Sequence record: JQ823122.1
Length of the DNA: 24,000 bases
DNA from: Nonlabens phage P12024S
Direction: 5' to 3' (one strand)
The translations under genes and the position numbers were made by a program. Under the pieces are notes generated by a model. That model saw only the letters and a list, made by a program, of their open reading frames with translations, was not told where the DNA came from and ran no database searches. Shown in pieces: positions 7,929 through 16,483 of this stretch (its first letter is position 1; each line of letters opens with the position of its first letter).

Positions 7929-9068
7929 ATGAAGTATATTGAAAGAAAAAACAAAATTATAAATGACAAATATACTGAATATGTATATGAAGCATTTGAC
8001 ATTCAAAACAAAGAAGAAACAACTGTAAAAATCCCAATCAACTTTTCTGAATGTAAGACATTTGATTGGAATATTGGTGTTATTTACGGTGGTTCTGGAA
8101 CTGGTAAAACAACTTTATTAAAAGAATTTGGAAGTTTAACAGTTGATGAATTTGATGAACATAAGCCATTAATTAGCAATTTTAATTGGTTAGAACCTAA
8201 AGAAGCAACATTTTTATTATCTGCAATGGGTTTGGCTTCTGTGCCTACTTGGTTAAGACCTTACGCACTTTTAAGTAATGGCGAACAATATAGAGCGTCT
8301 TTAGCTTATAAAGTTGGTAAAGCGTCTGAAAATGATGTTATATTGATTGATGAATTTACAAGTGTTGTAGATAGAGATGTAGCAAAAGCAATGAGTAACG
8401 CTTTACAAAAATATATTAGACGAACTAATAAAAAAATAATACTTGCATCTTGTCATTTTGATATTATGGAATGGTTGTTACCTGATTGGACTTATTCACC
8501 ACTAAAAGGGCGTCTTGAGAGAGCGTCATTACGAAGGCAAAGACCAAAAATTAAATTACAGATATTTCGATGTAGATATGAAACTTGGGATTTATTCAAA
8601 CAACATCACTATTTAACAGAAGATTTAAACAAAGCCGCTCAATCTTATGTTTTTTTATGGAATGATAAGCCAATAGCTTTTGTAGGAATATTACCTTTTC
8701 CAGGTGTAGGCGACCCAAAAACAAGACGTATAAGTAGAATAGTTGTTTTACCTGATTTTCAAGGATTAGGACTAGGTAAAGAAATAGTTAATTATATTAG
8801 TGCTTTATATTGGAAAGAAAAACATCAAATGTTTATTAGAACTATGAATCCAGCTTTAGGAATTGCACTTGATAAAGATAAAAATTGGTCTCAAACTGCT
8901 GGACATTTAAAAGTACCACCAAAAGATACAAGTGGAAGAAAATTAATAGAAAGACCAAGTTACAGTTTTAAATATACAGGTGTAATAAGTTCAGATAGTA
9001 GTGATGTAATTATATTTAACGCTGATGCTTATAAAGAAGTTGCACAAAATCAAATTAGTTTATTTTAA
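7929..9068 (+). CDS. ABC-type ATPase fused to a GNAT-like acetyltransferase domain (COG2401-like), with C-terminal QISLF
   Basis: Walker A IYGGSGTGKTTLL, signature-like LSNGEQYRASL, Walker B DVILIDEFTS, H-loop IILASCHFD, then GNAT motif ISRIVVLPDFQGLGLGKEIVNYI. Ends QNQISLF*. Confidence 0.85.
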   Translation: MKYIERKNKIINDKYTEYVYEAFDIQNKEETTVKIPINFSECKTFDWNIGVIYGGSGTGKTTLLKEFGSLTVDEFDEHKPLISNFNWLEPKEATFLLSAMGLASVPTWLRPYALLSNGEQYRASLAYKVGKASENDVILIDEFTSVVDRDVAKAMSNALQKYIRRTNKKIILASCHFDIMEWLLPDWTYSPLKGRLERASLRRQRPKIKLQIFRCRYETWDLFKQHHYLTEDLNKAAQSYVFLWNDKPIAFVGILPFPGVGDPKTRRISRIVVLPDFQGLGLGKEIVNYISALYWKEKHQMFIRTMNPALGIALDKDKNWSQTAGHLKVPPKDTSGRKLIERPSYSFKYTGVISSDSSDVIIFNADAYKEVAQNQISLF

Positions 9069-9255
9069 TTATGGAAATAGGAGAAAAATTTACTTTTTAT
9101 AGTAACGGAATTAAAAGGAAAGCTCTTTTTTTAAGTCAGATAGATAACAGAATTAAAGCAGTAATATGTGATAATAGAGAAACAGAAGGGATAAATATTG
9201 AGATATACGAGTCTCAAATTATACTAGATAATCAAATTAGCTTATTTTAATTATG
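9048..9255 (+). repeat. 26-bp near-identical direct repeats flanking the 59-aa ORF (9048-9073 and 9230-9255)
   Basis: AATCAAATTAG[T/C]TTATTTTAATTATG. 25/26 identical, offset 182 bp. Each encodes QISLF-stop plus the next ATG. Confidence 0.8.
9071..9250 (+). CDS. 59-aa small protein with C-terminal QISLF
   Basis: MEIGEKFTFYSNGIKRKALFLSQIDNRIKAVICDNRETEGINIEIYESQIILDNQISLF*. Starts 2 nt after the upstream stop. Below the ORF track length limit. Confidence 0.65.
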   Translation: MEIGEKFTFYSNGIKRKALFLSQIDNRIKAVICDNRETEGINIEIYESQIILDNQISLF

Positions 9256-9471
9256 AATTTATTAACAAAATACAATTCTTTAGATAGTAGAGATGAAAAG
9301 AGATTGTTTTGCATAGAGATTGACAAAGAGAATAAATACAAAAAAGAACTATCTTATAAAAAAGTTTCTTTATTTTCTATAAATGTTTATTTTGAAAGAC
9401 TTACAGGATTTAAAGTTAATGAAGATAGAAAAAGACGAGATATTAGGTATAAAGACGAAAGAAAATTTTAA
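9253..9471 (+). CDS. Hypothetical small basic protein
   Basis: 72-aa ORF starting 2 nt after the preceding stop and ending just before ATG 9473. Confidence 0.55.
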   Translation: MNLLTKYNSLDSRDEKRLFCIEIDKENKYKKELSYKKVSLFSINVYFERLTGFKVNEDRKRRDIRYKDERKF

Positions 9472-9472
9472 A

Positions 9473-9823
9473 ATGAAAAACAAAGATTTAGAAAACTTAA
9501 CAGCATCAGTAATATGCAGCCAGTTATTACTTCACTACTTAGAAGAAATAAAGCACACTCGATATTACAAGGGTAAACTAAAAGAAACTACTAGAGCCGC
9601 TATAATTCAGTTAATGAAAGTAGAGCGCAAAGAGTTTGATAAGCTGGCAGAAACCGAGGGAGATGTACCTCATCAAATCAGCAGCAACCTAATAGAGATC
9701 ATAAGCCTATTAATGCGAGGCGGTTTTTCAAATATGATGCTACTAGGTAACTTGCAGTATGCTTATCACAAAGACCCTAAAGCGATTGAGGGAATAGTTA
9801 ACAAGGTTTTGAAGAATGATTAA
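9473..9823 (+). CDS. Hypothetical protein (trimmed start of ORF 9383..9823)
   Basis: MKNKDLENLTASVICSQLLLHYLEEIKHTRYYKGKLKETTRAAIIQLMKV... A start at 9473 avoids overlap with ORF 9253..9471. Confidence 0.6.
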   Translation: MKNKDLENLTASVICSQLLLHYLEEIKHTRYYKGKLKETTRAAIIQLMKVERKEFDKLAETEGDVPHQISSNLIEIISLLMRGGFSNMMLLGNLQYAYHKDPKAIEGIVNKVLKND

Positions 9824-11245
9824 TTTATATCTATACCAATCTAAAGCAGTTAGCGCCCTTAGAGAGAGTATATCTAAAGGCAATAAACGTCTTGTGTTAT
9901 GCGCTCCTACGGGCGCAGGATAGGTAAAACCGTAATGTTTAGCTACCTCACTAGCCGCATAATAGCAAACAGAAAACGCGTTTTGATTTTAACGCACCGA
10001 TCTGAACTGTTAACGCAAGCAGGTGGAACGCTTAGCAAGTTCGGACTATCTCCAATCCATATAAAGCCTTCTTATAGACCCAAAACTCTTAAAGGTAGTT
10101 TGTATGTAGCAATGACACAAACGCTCGTTAGACGCTTTAAAAAGCCTTTATACGATGAATGGCTGCAAAGCGGAGTAGATGTTATTATCGTTGATGAGTG
10201 CCATAGGTGTGATTTTAATACAATCCTTAGCTCTTTGCCAGATCACGTGATAGTGATAGGCGTAACGGCTACACCACACCGTGAAAAGAATCAGCCAGCG
10301 TTAAGCAGTTTCTATGAGGACATGGTAGAGGTTGCACAAGTTCAAGAGTTGATCGCACTAGGTAAACTAGCGAAACCGATTTCTTATGGTGTATCAATAG
10401 ATTTAAGTGGCGTAAAAAGCAAAGGTTCGGACTGGGATTCTAATGAGGTCGGTAAGCGAATGGATGAGGTGCAATTGTATCATGGCGTGTATGAGAACTA
10501 CATGAAATATACACCTAATCAAAAAGCGATAGTGTTTAGTAGTAGCATTGAGTCAAGTAAGACCCTAGTAAATTCCCTATGCGAAAAGGGATTACCAGCA
10601 AAGCACTTAGATGGCTCAACAAGCGCAAAGGAACGCAGAGAAACACTTGAATGGTTTGCCAACACACCTAATGCAATCCTTTCTAACATGGGTATATTAA
10701 CAGCTGGGTTTGATGAACCGACTATTCAAGTAGTGATACTATACCGTGCCACTAAGTCATTACCTTTGTTTCTGCAAATGGTAGGACGTGGTTCTAGGAC
10801 TCACGAGGGCAAAGATAAGTTTACTATACTAGATTTTGGTAATAACATAGCAACGCATGGATTTTGGGAGCAGAATCGTGTATGGAGTTTAGAGAAACCG
10901 AAACGAAAAAAGAAAGGCTTAGGTGTAGCACCTATAAAAGAATGTCCATCATGTAGTGCATACCTTGCAGCACAAGCAAAGGAGTGCGAGTATTGCGGTC
11001 ATTTATTTCCACCGACTAAGGAGCAAGAGCAAGAAAGGGTCGTTGCTGAATTAAAGCGGTTAACTTATTCCGAAGTGCAAAAGGCTGCGATTGGTGCATC
11101 TTTTGAGGAATTGGAACAGTTAGCAAAGGCGAAAGGATATAAAAAAGGATGGGTATTTCATCAGCTTAAGACTAGGGGACAATTAGAAGAATACGCAAAG
11201 TTTAAAAATTATTCGCCAAAATGGTTGCAATATCAATTAAAATAG
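9816..11245 (+). pseudogene. SF2 (DEAD/DEAH, SSL2-like) helicase disrupted by a +5-nt frameshift inside Walker A, or a sequencing/assembly error
   Basis: Frame starting at 9816 reads MINLYLYQSKAVSALRESISKGNKRLVLCAPTGAG*. The frame from 9923 continues GKTVMFSYL..., DEC(H) (VIIVDECHR), GVTATPHR, and QMVGRGSRTHEG. Removing 5 nt (e.g. 9918-9922) restores APTGAGKTVMFSYL. Confidence 0.85.
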
Positions 11246-11259
11246 TTTATATTTGACAC

Positions 11260-11487
11260 ATGAAAGCAAAAGAGAAAGCAAAAGAGTTAGTAGATAGTTT
11301 CTACGATGTAGATGATGGGATTGATTTTGATAATGGTTGGGGTATAACACCTCAGCAAGTAAAAGGTTTCGCTCTTATTTGTATTGATGAGATACTAGAT
11401 TTAGATATGTTAGGATTTGATGAAGATAAGTTTAATAAACATATTGAACACTGGCAACAAGTAAAACAAGAAATAAATAAATTATGA
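11260..11487 (+). CDS. Hypothetical protein
   Basis: 75-aa ORF, MKAKEKAKELVDSFYDVDDGIDFDNGWGITPQQVKGFALICIDEIL..., in operon orientation. Confidence 0.6.
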   Translation: MKAKEKAKELVDSFYDVDDGIDFDNGWGITPQQVKGFALICIDEILDLDMLGFDEDKFNKHIEHWQQVKQEINKL

Positions 11488-11666
11488 GCAAAAACAACAA
11501 CAGCGGAGGAACAGGTTTATCAGGATTTTTATTTTTGATATTTTTAATATTAAAGTTAACAGATGTAATAGATTGGTCTTGGTGGTGGATTACTTCTCCT
11601 TTATGGATACCTTTAATAATATTCGTTTTAATAAAGTTTACAATTTTAATCAATAATAAATTATGA
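11484..11666 (+). CDS. Small membrane protein, two hydrophobic segments
   Basis: ATGA overlap with the upstream stop. MSKNNNSGGTGLSGFLFLIFLILKLTDVIDWSWWWITSPLWIPLIIFVLIKFTILINNKL*. Confidence 0.55.
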   Translation: MSKNNNSGGTGLSGFLFLIFLILKLTDVIDWSWWWITSPLWIPLIIFVLIKFTILINNKL

Positions 11667-11881
11667 TAACATTAGTTTTAGGTTTAGCAATTTGCTACGG
11701 TTTATATTTAGTATTCCCTCTACTTGGGTTTACTTCATTCAAGCATTATGACATATTACTTGACACCGTACACGGTTACAAGTCTGTTGGTCGCTTACCT
11801 CTCAATCCGATTAAGTATAAGTTACACGATGGTTACTTTGATAGTATCAATGATGCTTATGAGTTTATAGAATCGCTCTAA
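11663..11881 (+). CDS. Hypothetical protein with hydrophobic N-terminus
   Basis: 72-aa ORF with an ATG overlapping the preceding TAA region. Confidence 0.5.
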   Translation: MITLVLGLAICYGLYLVFPLLGFTSFKHYDILLDTVHGYKSVGRLPLNPIKYKLHDGYFDSINDAYEFIESL

Positions 11882-11884
11882 GGT

Positions 11885-12226
11885 ATGCAAAGCAACGAAG
11901 ATAGACTACAAGCCGACGCTTATAAATGGTTTCACAATACTTATCCACACCTTAGAGGGCTACTGAACTACAACCATAACAATAGCCGTAACAAAATAGA
12001 GGGCGCAAAGAACAAAGCAATGGGATTGCAAAAGGGTCGCTCCGATATGGTTCTTTATCTAAAAGGGCGTGCTTTCATGATCGAATGGAAAACCGAGAAA
12101 GGAAAGCAACACGGCAAGCAAAAAGAATGGCAACAGCTAATAGAAGCTAATGGCTTTAGTTATTACATTGTTAGAAGTGTTGAGGAATTTAAACAACTTA
12201 TAACCACACTATGCCACACCTACTAG
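11885..12226 (+). CDS. VRR-NUC-type nuclease
   Basis: Sequence includes GLQKGRSDMVLYLKGRAFMIEWKTEKGKQHGKQKEWQQLIEANGFSYYIVRSVEEF, the VRR-NUC D...ExK pattern. Confidence 0.85.
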   Translation: MQSNEDRLQADAYKWFHNTYPHLRGLLNYNHNNSRNKIEGAKNKAMGLQKGRSDMVLYLKGRAFMIEWKTEKGKQHGKQKEWQQLIEANGFSYYIVRSVEEFKQLITTLCHTY

Positions 12227-12690
12227 AAGACCTATCCAAACTAGACACCTACTGGCGAAAAGTTGCGCTATCAATTTGCGGCTGTTCTGTTCTTGCAGAT
12301 GACCTAGTACAAGAGATGTATTTTAAAATGATCGCCCGCAACCCTAAAGTTTGGAATAAGCGATATGTTTGGAGAACGATATACAATCTGTACATGGATG
12401 AACTAAGGCGCACTAAGAAGATGACAGACCTAGAATATGTAGAGATCACAACAGACCCAACAGATTCTGATTGCATAGAGCGAGTGATTCAAAATGCGAT
12501 GCAAGAAATGGATGAAGAAACCACAAAGGCGGTTATGATTAACATGGACGATACCGTACGTGGAACGGCTCGCAAAATGGGTTTTAGTGCATACAAACTA
12601 TGGAGCAAAGTGAAAGCTGCAAAGGAAGAACTAAGAGAACGCACCGACTTGCAAACGGCTTATAAGCAACTTAAAAACGGCGAGATATGA
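12211..12690 (+). CDS. Sigma-70/ECF-like factor, candidate late-gene regulator
   Basis: CSVLADDLVQEMYFKM...NKRYVWRTIYNLYMDELRRTKK (region 2-like), then a C-terminal HTH-like region (TVRGTARKMGFSAYKLWSKVKAAKEELRER). Confidence 0.65.
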   Translation: MPHLLEDLSKLDTYWRKVALSICGCSVLADDLVQEMYFKMIARNPKVWNKRYVWRTIYNLYMDELRRTKKMTDLEYVEITTDPTDSDCIERVIQNAMQEMDEETTKAVMINMDDTVRGTARKMGFSAYKLWSKVKAAKEELRERTDLQTAYKQLKNGEI

Positions 12691-12884
12691 ACACACAAGA
12701 AATCCCACAAGGCTGGTGGCTTAACGTTACCGTAATGGCTAACTATGAAGATACTTGGATAGTAGGTGTTCTGATTAAAAAGAAAACTACATGGTTTACC
12801 GAAGCGGTCTTCACTAATTTTAAGACAGCAGAAGAAGCCTATGCAAAGGGTATGGAATTTATAAAACAAAAAACCTCACTTTAA
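12687..12884 (+). CDS. Hypothetical small protein
   Basis: 65-aa ORF with ATGA overlap of the upstream stop. Confidence 0.55.
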   Translation: MNTQEIPQGWWLNVTVMANYEDTWIVGVLIKKKTTWFTEAVFTNFKTAEEAYAKGMEFIKQKTSL

Positions 12885-12891
12885 CGTTAAT
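12861..12891 (+). promoter_or_regulatory. Bipartite late motif, copy 1
   Basis: ATAAAACAA (12861-12869), 15 nt, CGTTAAT (12885-12891), then ATG at 12896. Confidence 0.45.
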
Positions 12892-12895
12892 TAAT

Positions 12896-13255
12896 ATGGC
12901 AACAAAGAGAAAGAGAAAACCAAAGAGTAAAGGACTAGGAGATACTATTGCAAAGGTTACTAAATGGGCTGGAATAGAACCTTGCGAATCATGCAAGAAA
13001 CGACAAAGCAAACTCAACAAATGGATTCCTTACAATTCAGTCAAAAACGAAATGACACAAGAGCAGTTCGATAACTGGCAGCAATGGAAAACAGACTGGA
13101 ACGGATCAACGCTTAACGATGACGACATGACACTTATAGAAGATATCTATAACTCTATAAGACATACCAATATAAGCCCTTGCAGAACTTGCGGTGGCAA
13201 TGGTTGGGCGCAACTTATAAAGGTTATTGATAGTATATCGGATAAGTATAAGTAA
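12896..13255 (+). CDS. Hypothetical protein with two CxxC motifs, possibly zinc binding
   Basis: CESC and CRTCGGNGW motifs. Located just upstream of the terminase genes. Confidence 0.6.
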   Translation: MATKRKRKPKSKGLGDTIAKVTKWAGIEPCESCKKRQSKLNKWIPYNSVKNEMTQEQFDNWQQWKTDWNGSTLNDDDMTLIEDIYNSIRHTNISPCRTCGGNGWAQLIKVIDSISDKYK

Positions 13256-13269
13256 AATTAATAGTTACA

Positions 13270-13560
13270 ATGGAATTAAATGGAGGTAGGCGGTCAAACG
13301 GTGGGCATAGTACAAAGGCAAAGAAACCAATAGACCGAAGAAAAAACGAATACAAGGAAGCGCTTAAACAAGCGGCAACCGTTGACGATGTAGTTGATGT
13401 AATTATTAAGCTAAAGGAAACCGCAATAAAAGGCGACGTTCCAGCGATTAAACTATTCTTAGAGTACTATGTAGGTAAACCAAAAGAGAGTTTAGACATC
13501 ACAAGCAATGGCGAATCATTCGACTTAAAAAAAGTATTCGGATTTGATAAAACTAAATGA
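13270..13560 (+). CDS. Putative terminase small subunit
   Basis: Small basic protein directly before TerL, RRKNEYKEALKQAATVDDVVDVIIKLKETAIKGDVPAIKLFLEYYVGKP. Assigned mostly by position. Confidence 0.55.
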   Translation: MELNGGRRSNGGHSTKAKKPIDRRKNEYKEALKQAATVDDVVDVIIKLKETAIKGDVPAIKLFLEYYVGKPKESLDITSNGESFDLKKVFGFDKTK

Positions 13561-14752
13561 TAAGTTTGAGCCATTATTTTCTGCACCTGATACAGTCCGT
13601 TACTTTATATTAACGGGTGGTCGTGGGTCGCAGAAGTCATTTAGTACAGGTACATTTGCAAACCTACTTTCATTTGAGCCAAACCACAAAATACTATTTA
13701 CAAGGCATACAATGACAAGCGCACACTTGTCGATCATTCCAGAATTTCAAGAGAAAATAGAACTGCTAGAGGCAAAGGATAAGTTTGCAGTTACTAAGTC
13801 CGAAATAGTCAATCTAAGTTCTGGCAGTGAGATCATATTCAAAGGTCTTAAGACCTCTAGTGGAGATCAAACAGCAGCATTAAAATCATTGCAAGGCGTT
13901 ACAACTTGGATATTAGACGAAGCGGAGGAGTTAAAAGATGAAGATACTTTCGACAAGATCGATTTCAGTATAAGGCAAAAAGGCAAACACAACCGAATTA
14001 TCATTATTCTTAATCCAGCTACAAAAGAGCATTGGATATATAAACGCTTCTTTCAGGATAGAGGCGTTCAAGAGGGCACTAACGGAATCAAAGGCGATAC
14101 GTGTTACATTCATACGACCTACCTAGATAACATTAAGCACCTTAACGAATCGTTTATAAGTCGTGCCGAATCAATGCGATTAAACAAGCCTGATAAGTAT
14201 AAACATATTATGTTAGGTGGCTGGCTAGATAAAGCTGAAGGCGTTGTATTTAACAATTGGAAGTTTGGAGAGTTTAACCCAGATGGTTTGCAAACAAGCT
14301 TCGGTCTTGACTTTGGTTTTAGCATTGACCCTGATGCATTAACTGAAATAGCTATTGATAAGTCACGCAGAGTGATTTACCTAAAAGAGTGCATTTATGA
14401 AAAGGGTTTGCAAACAAACGTACTTAGTGCAAAGCTAAACACAATAACAGGTAAGAAGTTAGTAATTGCAGATAGTGCCGAGCCACGTTTAATAGCCGAC
14501 TTAAAGTCAAGAGGTGCAAACATACAAGCGGTTAAAAAGGGGACTATCGAAAGCGGAATACAAATGATGTTGGATTATGATTTGGTTGTTGATCCTAAAA
14601 GCGTTAACTTAGCAAAAGAATTAAATAACTATGCTTATTCAGATAGGAATAGTAAGATGTATATTGACGACTACAATCACTTAATAGACGGAATAAGATA
14701 TAACGTTACCTATCATTTAGACAATCCTCACAGGGGAAAATACTACGTATAA
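13544..14752 (+). CDS. Terminase large subunit, PBSX family-like
   Basis: ATPase motifs FILTGGRGSQKSFSTG and TTWILDEAEEL. Nuclease-like region FGLDFGFSIDPDAL...VIADSAEPRLIADLKSRG. Confidence 0.9.
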   Translation: MIKLNDKFEPLFSAPDTVRYFILTGGRGSQKSFSTGTFANLLSFEPNHKILFTRHTMTSAHLSIIPEFQEKIELLEAKDKFAVTKSEIVNLSSGSEIIFKGLKTSSGDQTAALKSLQGVTTWILDEAEELKDEDTFDKIDFSIRQKGKHNRIIIILNPATKEHWIYKRFFQDRGVQEGTNGIKGDTCYIHTTYLDNIKHLNESFISRAESMRLNKPDKYKHIMLGGWLDKAEGVVFNNWKFGEFNPDGLQTSFGLDFGFSIDPDALTEIAIDKSRRVIYLKECIYEKGLQTNVLSAKLNTITGKKLVIADSAEPRLIADLKSRGANIQAVKKGTIESGIQMMLDYDLVVDPKSVNLAKELNNYAYSDRNSKMYIDDYNHLIDGIRYNVTYHLDNPHRGKYYV

Positions 14753-15446
14753 TGAAACTAACAATCCCAACAAGCCAAAGCGAAATTACGCTTAAGCAAT
14801 ACATAGATGCACATGATAAGCCAGAGCGTGAACAGGTTGCAATCTACTTAAACATAACATTGGAGGTGCTAGATCAACTACCGCAAGATGTGTATGATGA
14901 AGCATTACAATCGATAAGCAAAGCAATGCAAGAAGAACCAGAACTAGAGCGCTTCTTTACTATAGGCGGCACTAAGTACGGCTTTGTCCCTGACTTGAAC
15001 GATATTGAGGTAGGAGCATTTGCGGTTGCAGAGGATGCCGTTAGTGATCCTAGCAAAGCACACTTGCTTATGAATACTTTATACCGACCAGTTAAAAGGC
15101 AGGTTAATGATTTCTATTCGGTCAAGGGCTATGATTCTAGGGCTGCTAATAGAATGTTAGAAGCTCCCTTAATCGCATACAGTAGTTGCATACTTTTTTT
15201 TTATCATTTAGGGAACGACTTAGGGATTTATACCCAGAACTCTACACCACCTCAAGCCGACAGCAAGGCAGCGACTTAATGGAGGGTTTTAGTTTAAAAT
15301 GGAGCTGGTATCATACTTTCAATGTAATAGCTGCTAGTAATGGCTATTTCGGACTAGAGAAAGTTGAGCGTGAACCGTTAGGCTCTATATTGTACTGGCT
15401 AGCTTACCAATCGGATTTGGGCAAGGTTATGAATCCAAAGAGGTAA
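14752..15446 (+). CDS. Probable tail assembly chaperone made by -1 frameshifting (175-aa short form, ~231-aa long form)
   Basis: ORFs 14752..15279 (frame 1) and 15186..15446 (frame 0) overlap at a T9 run (15194-15202). In-frame codons CTT TTT TTT contain the heptamer T TTT TTT (15195-15201). Confidence 0.7.
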
Positions 15447-15543
15447 ACTCACAGTATCGACTAACTTTGTGTTTGATTCCGTTTACATTAAAGTAAACTG
15501 TAAATATAATTCCGTTTTTGTATTGCTTATGTTGTATTTTCAT
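15427..15543 (-). CDS. 38-aa reverse-strand mini-ORF
   Basis: MKIQHKQYKNGIIFTVYFNVNGIKHKVSRYCEFTSLDS*. Fills most of the gap between 15446 and 15577. Below the ORF track limit. Confidence 0.4.
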   Translation of the reverse strand: MKIQHKQYKNGIIFTVYFNVNGIKHKVSRYCEFTSLDS

Positions 15544-15571
15544 AAAACAAATATACGCCTTTTCCGTTAAT
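15542..15571 (+). promoter_or_regulatory. Bipartite late motif, copy 2
   Basis: ATAAAACAA (15542-15550), 14 nt, CGTTAAT (15565-15571), then ATG at 15577. Confidence 0.5.
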
Positions 15572-15576
15572 ATACC

Positions 15577-15993
15577 ATGAACGGATATTATTTATTACTA
15601 GAATATATAAAAGAGTTATTGATTAGCGATGTAGATTGCAACACAGTAACGGATGGCGATGGCTTAGAAGATGCAGACTTACAGCGACAAGAAATATATC
15701 CATTAGCTCACATAGTAGCAGATGACGGTACATTTGTTAATGGTGTAATGCAGTTCAATTTAGAGCTGTTTGCACTTGATCAATATGATGAACAACTGGA
15801 TAACGATCGAGATATTTACAATACGCAAATATACGTACTTAAAAGAGTATTCAACAAACTTAGTGTAAGCGAGGGAATTACCATACTAGGGGACGGATCA
15901 TTTCAGAAAGTAGAAAAAAAAGAGAACAACCTAATTGGATGGTCGCTCTCTTTAGTTGTGGAGGTTGCTGATGATGTTATGAGATTTTGTTAG
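15577..15993 (+). CDS. Putative virion connector or tail completion protein
   Basis: 138-aa ORF in the structural block before an HK97-gp10-like protein. Assigned by synteny. Confidence 0.45.
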   Translation: MNGYYLLLEYIKELLISDVDCNTVTDGDGLEDADLQRQEIYPLAHIVADDGTFVNGVMQFNLELFALDQYDEQLDNDRDIYNTQIYVLKRVFNKLSVSEGITILGDGSFQKVEKKENNLIGWSLSLVVEVADDVMRFC

Positions 15994-15994
15994 T

Positions 15995-16483
15995 ATGGAA
16001 GTAGAAAAAGAGCTAAACAAATTTGGCAAAAGATTAGTACAAGCCAGTCGCAGCAGCTTAACACAGCAGAAGATTAATGCTAGCGGAGAGCTTTACAAGT
16101 CGATAGGGTATGATCTGAAAGTGTCTAAGAACAGCTTTGAGTTTAGCTTTGGCTCTGGATTGGATTATGCTAAGTTTCAGGATCAGGGTGTGAGTGGAAC
16201 TAAGAAAAAGTTCAAGACACCATTTAGTTATAAGACAAAGAAACCGCCAGCAAATGTTTTCGAGTCATGGGCAAAACAAAAAGGGATTAAACCACGATCA
16301 AAAGAGACTGGTAGATTCATAACTCTAAAGTCGTTCGGGTTTGCTATGAGTAACCACATATTTAAACAAGGAATAAAGCCTAAGAATTTCATAACACGCC
16401 CTTTTGAAAATGCATTTAAAGCATTGCCAGAAGATTTGGTTAAGGCTTATGGGCTTACTTTGGATAGATCACTTTTACGTTAA
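15995..16483 (+). CDS. HK97 gp10-like tail/neck completion protein
   Basis: NASGELYKSIGYDLKVSKNSFEFSFGSGLDYAKFQDQGVSGTKKK is characteristic. Confidence 0.65.
   Translation: MEVEKELNKFGKRLVQASRSSLTQQKINASGELYKSIGYDLKVSKNSFEFSFGSGLDYAKFQDQGVSGTKKKFKTPFSYKTKKPPANVFESWAKQKGIKPRSKETGRFITLKSFGFAMSNHIFKQGIKPKNFITRPFENAFKALPEDLVKAYGLTLDRSLLR

Noticed and set aside
9899-9923. Start of the SF2 helicase at 9899 (MRSYGRRIGKT)
   Set aside because: The alternative upstream frame encodes a clear N-terminus and APTGAG. MRSYGRRI is an out-of-frame reading of the same bases, so 9899 is not the ancestral start.
9900-9925. Programmed ribosomal frameshift explanation for the helicase
   Set aside because: No slippery heptamer is present, and a -1 shift would give APTGAGIGKT with two extra residues in the P-loop. 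A 5-nt indel or sequence error is simpler.
12249-12476. 75-aa minus-strand ORF over the sigma-like gene
   Set aside because: Fully antisense to a forward ORF with recognisable region-2-like sequence.
15481-15498. Small inverted repeat GTTTAC-ATTAAA-GTAAAC considered as a terminator
   Set aside because: The stem is only 6 AT-rich base pairs and lacks an adjacent T tract. It also lies within the candidate 38-aa minus ORF.
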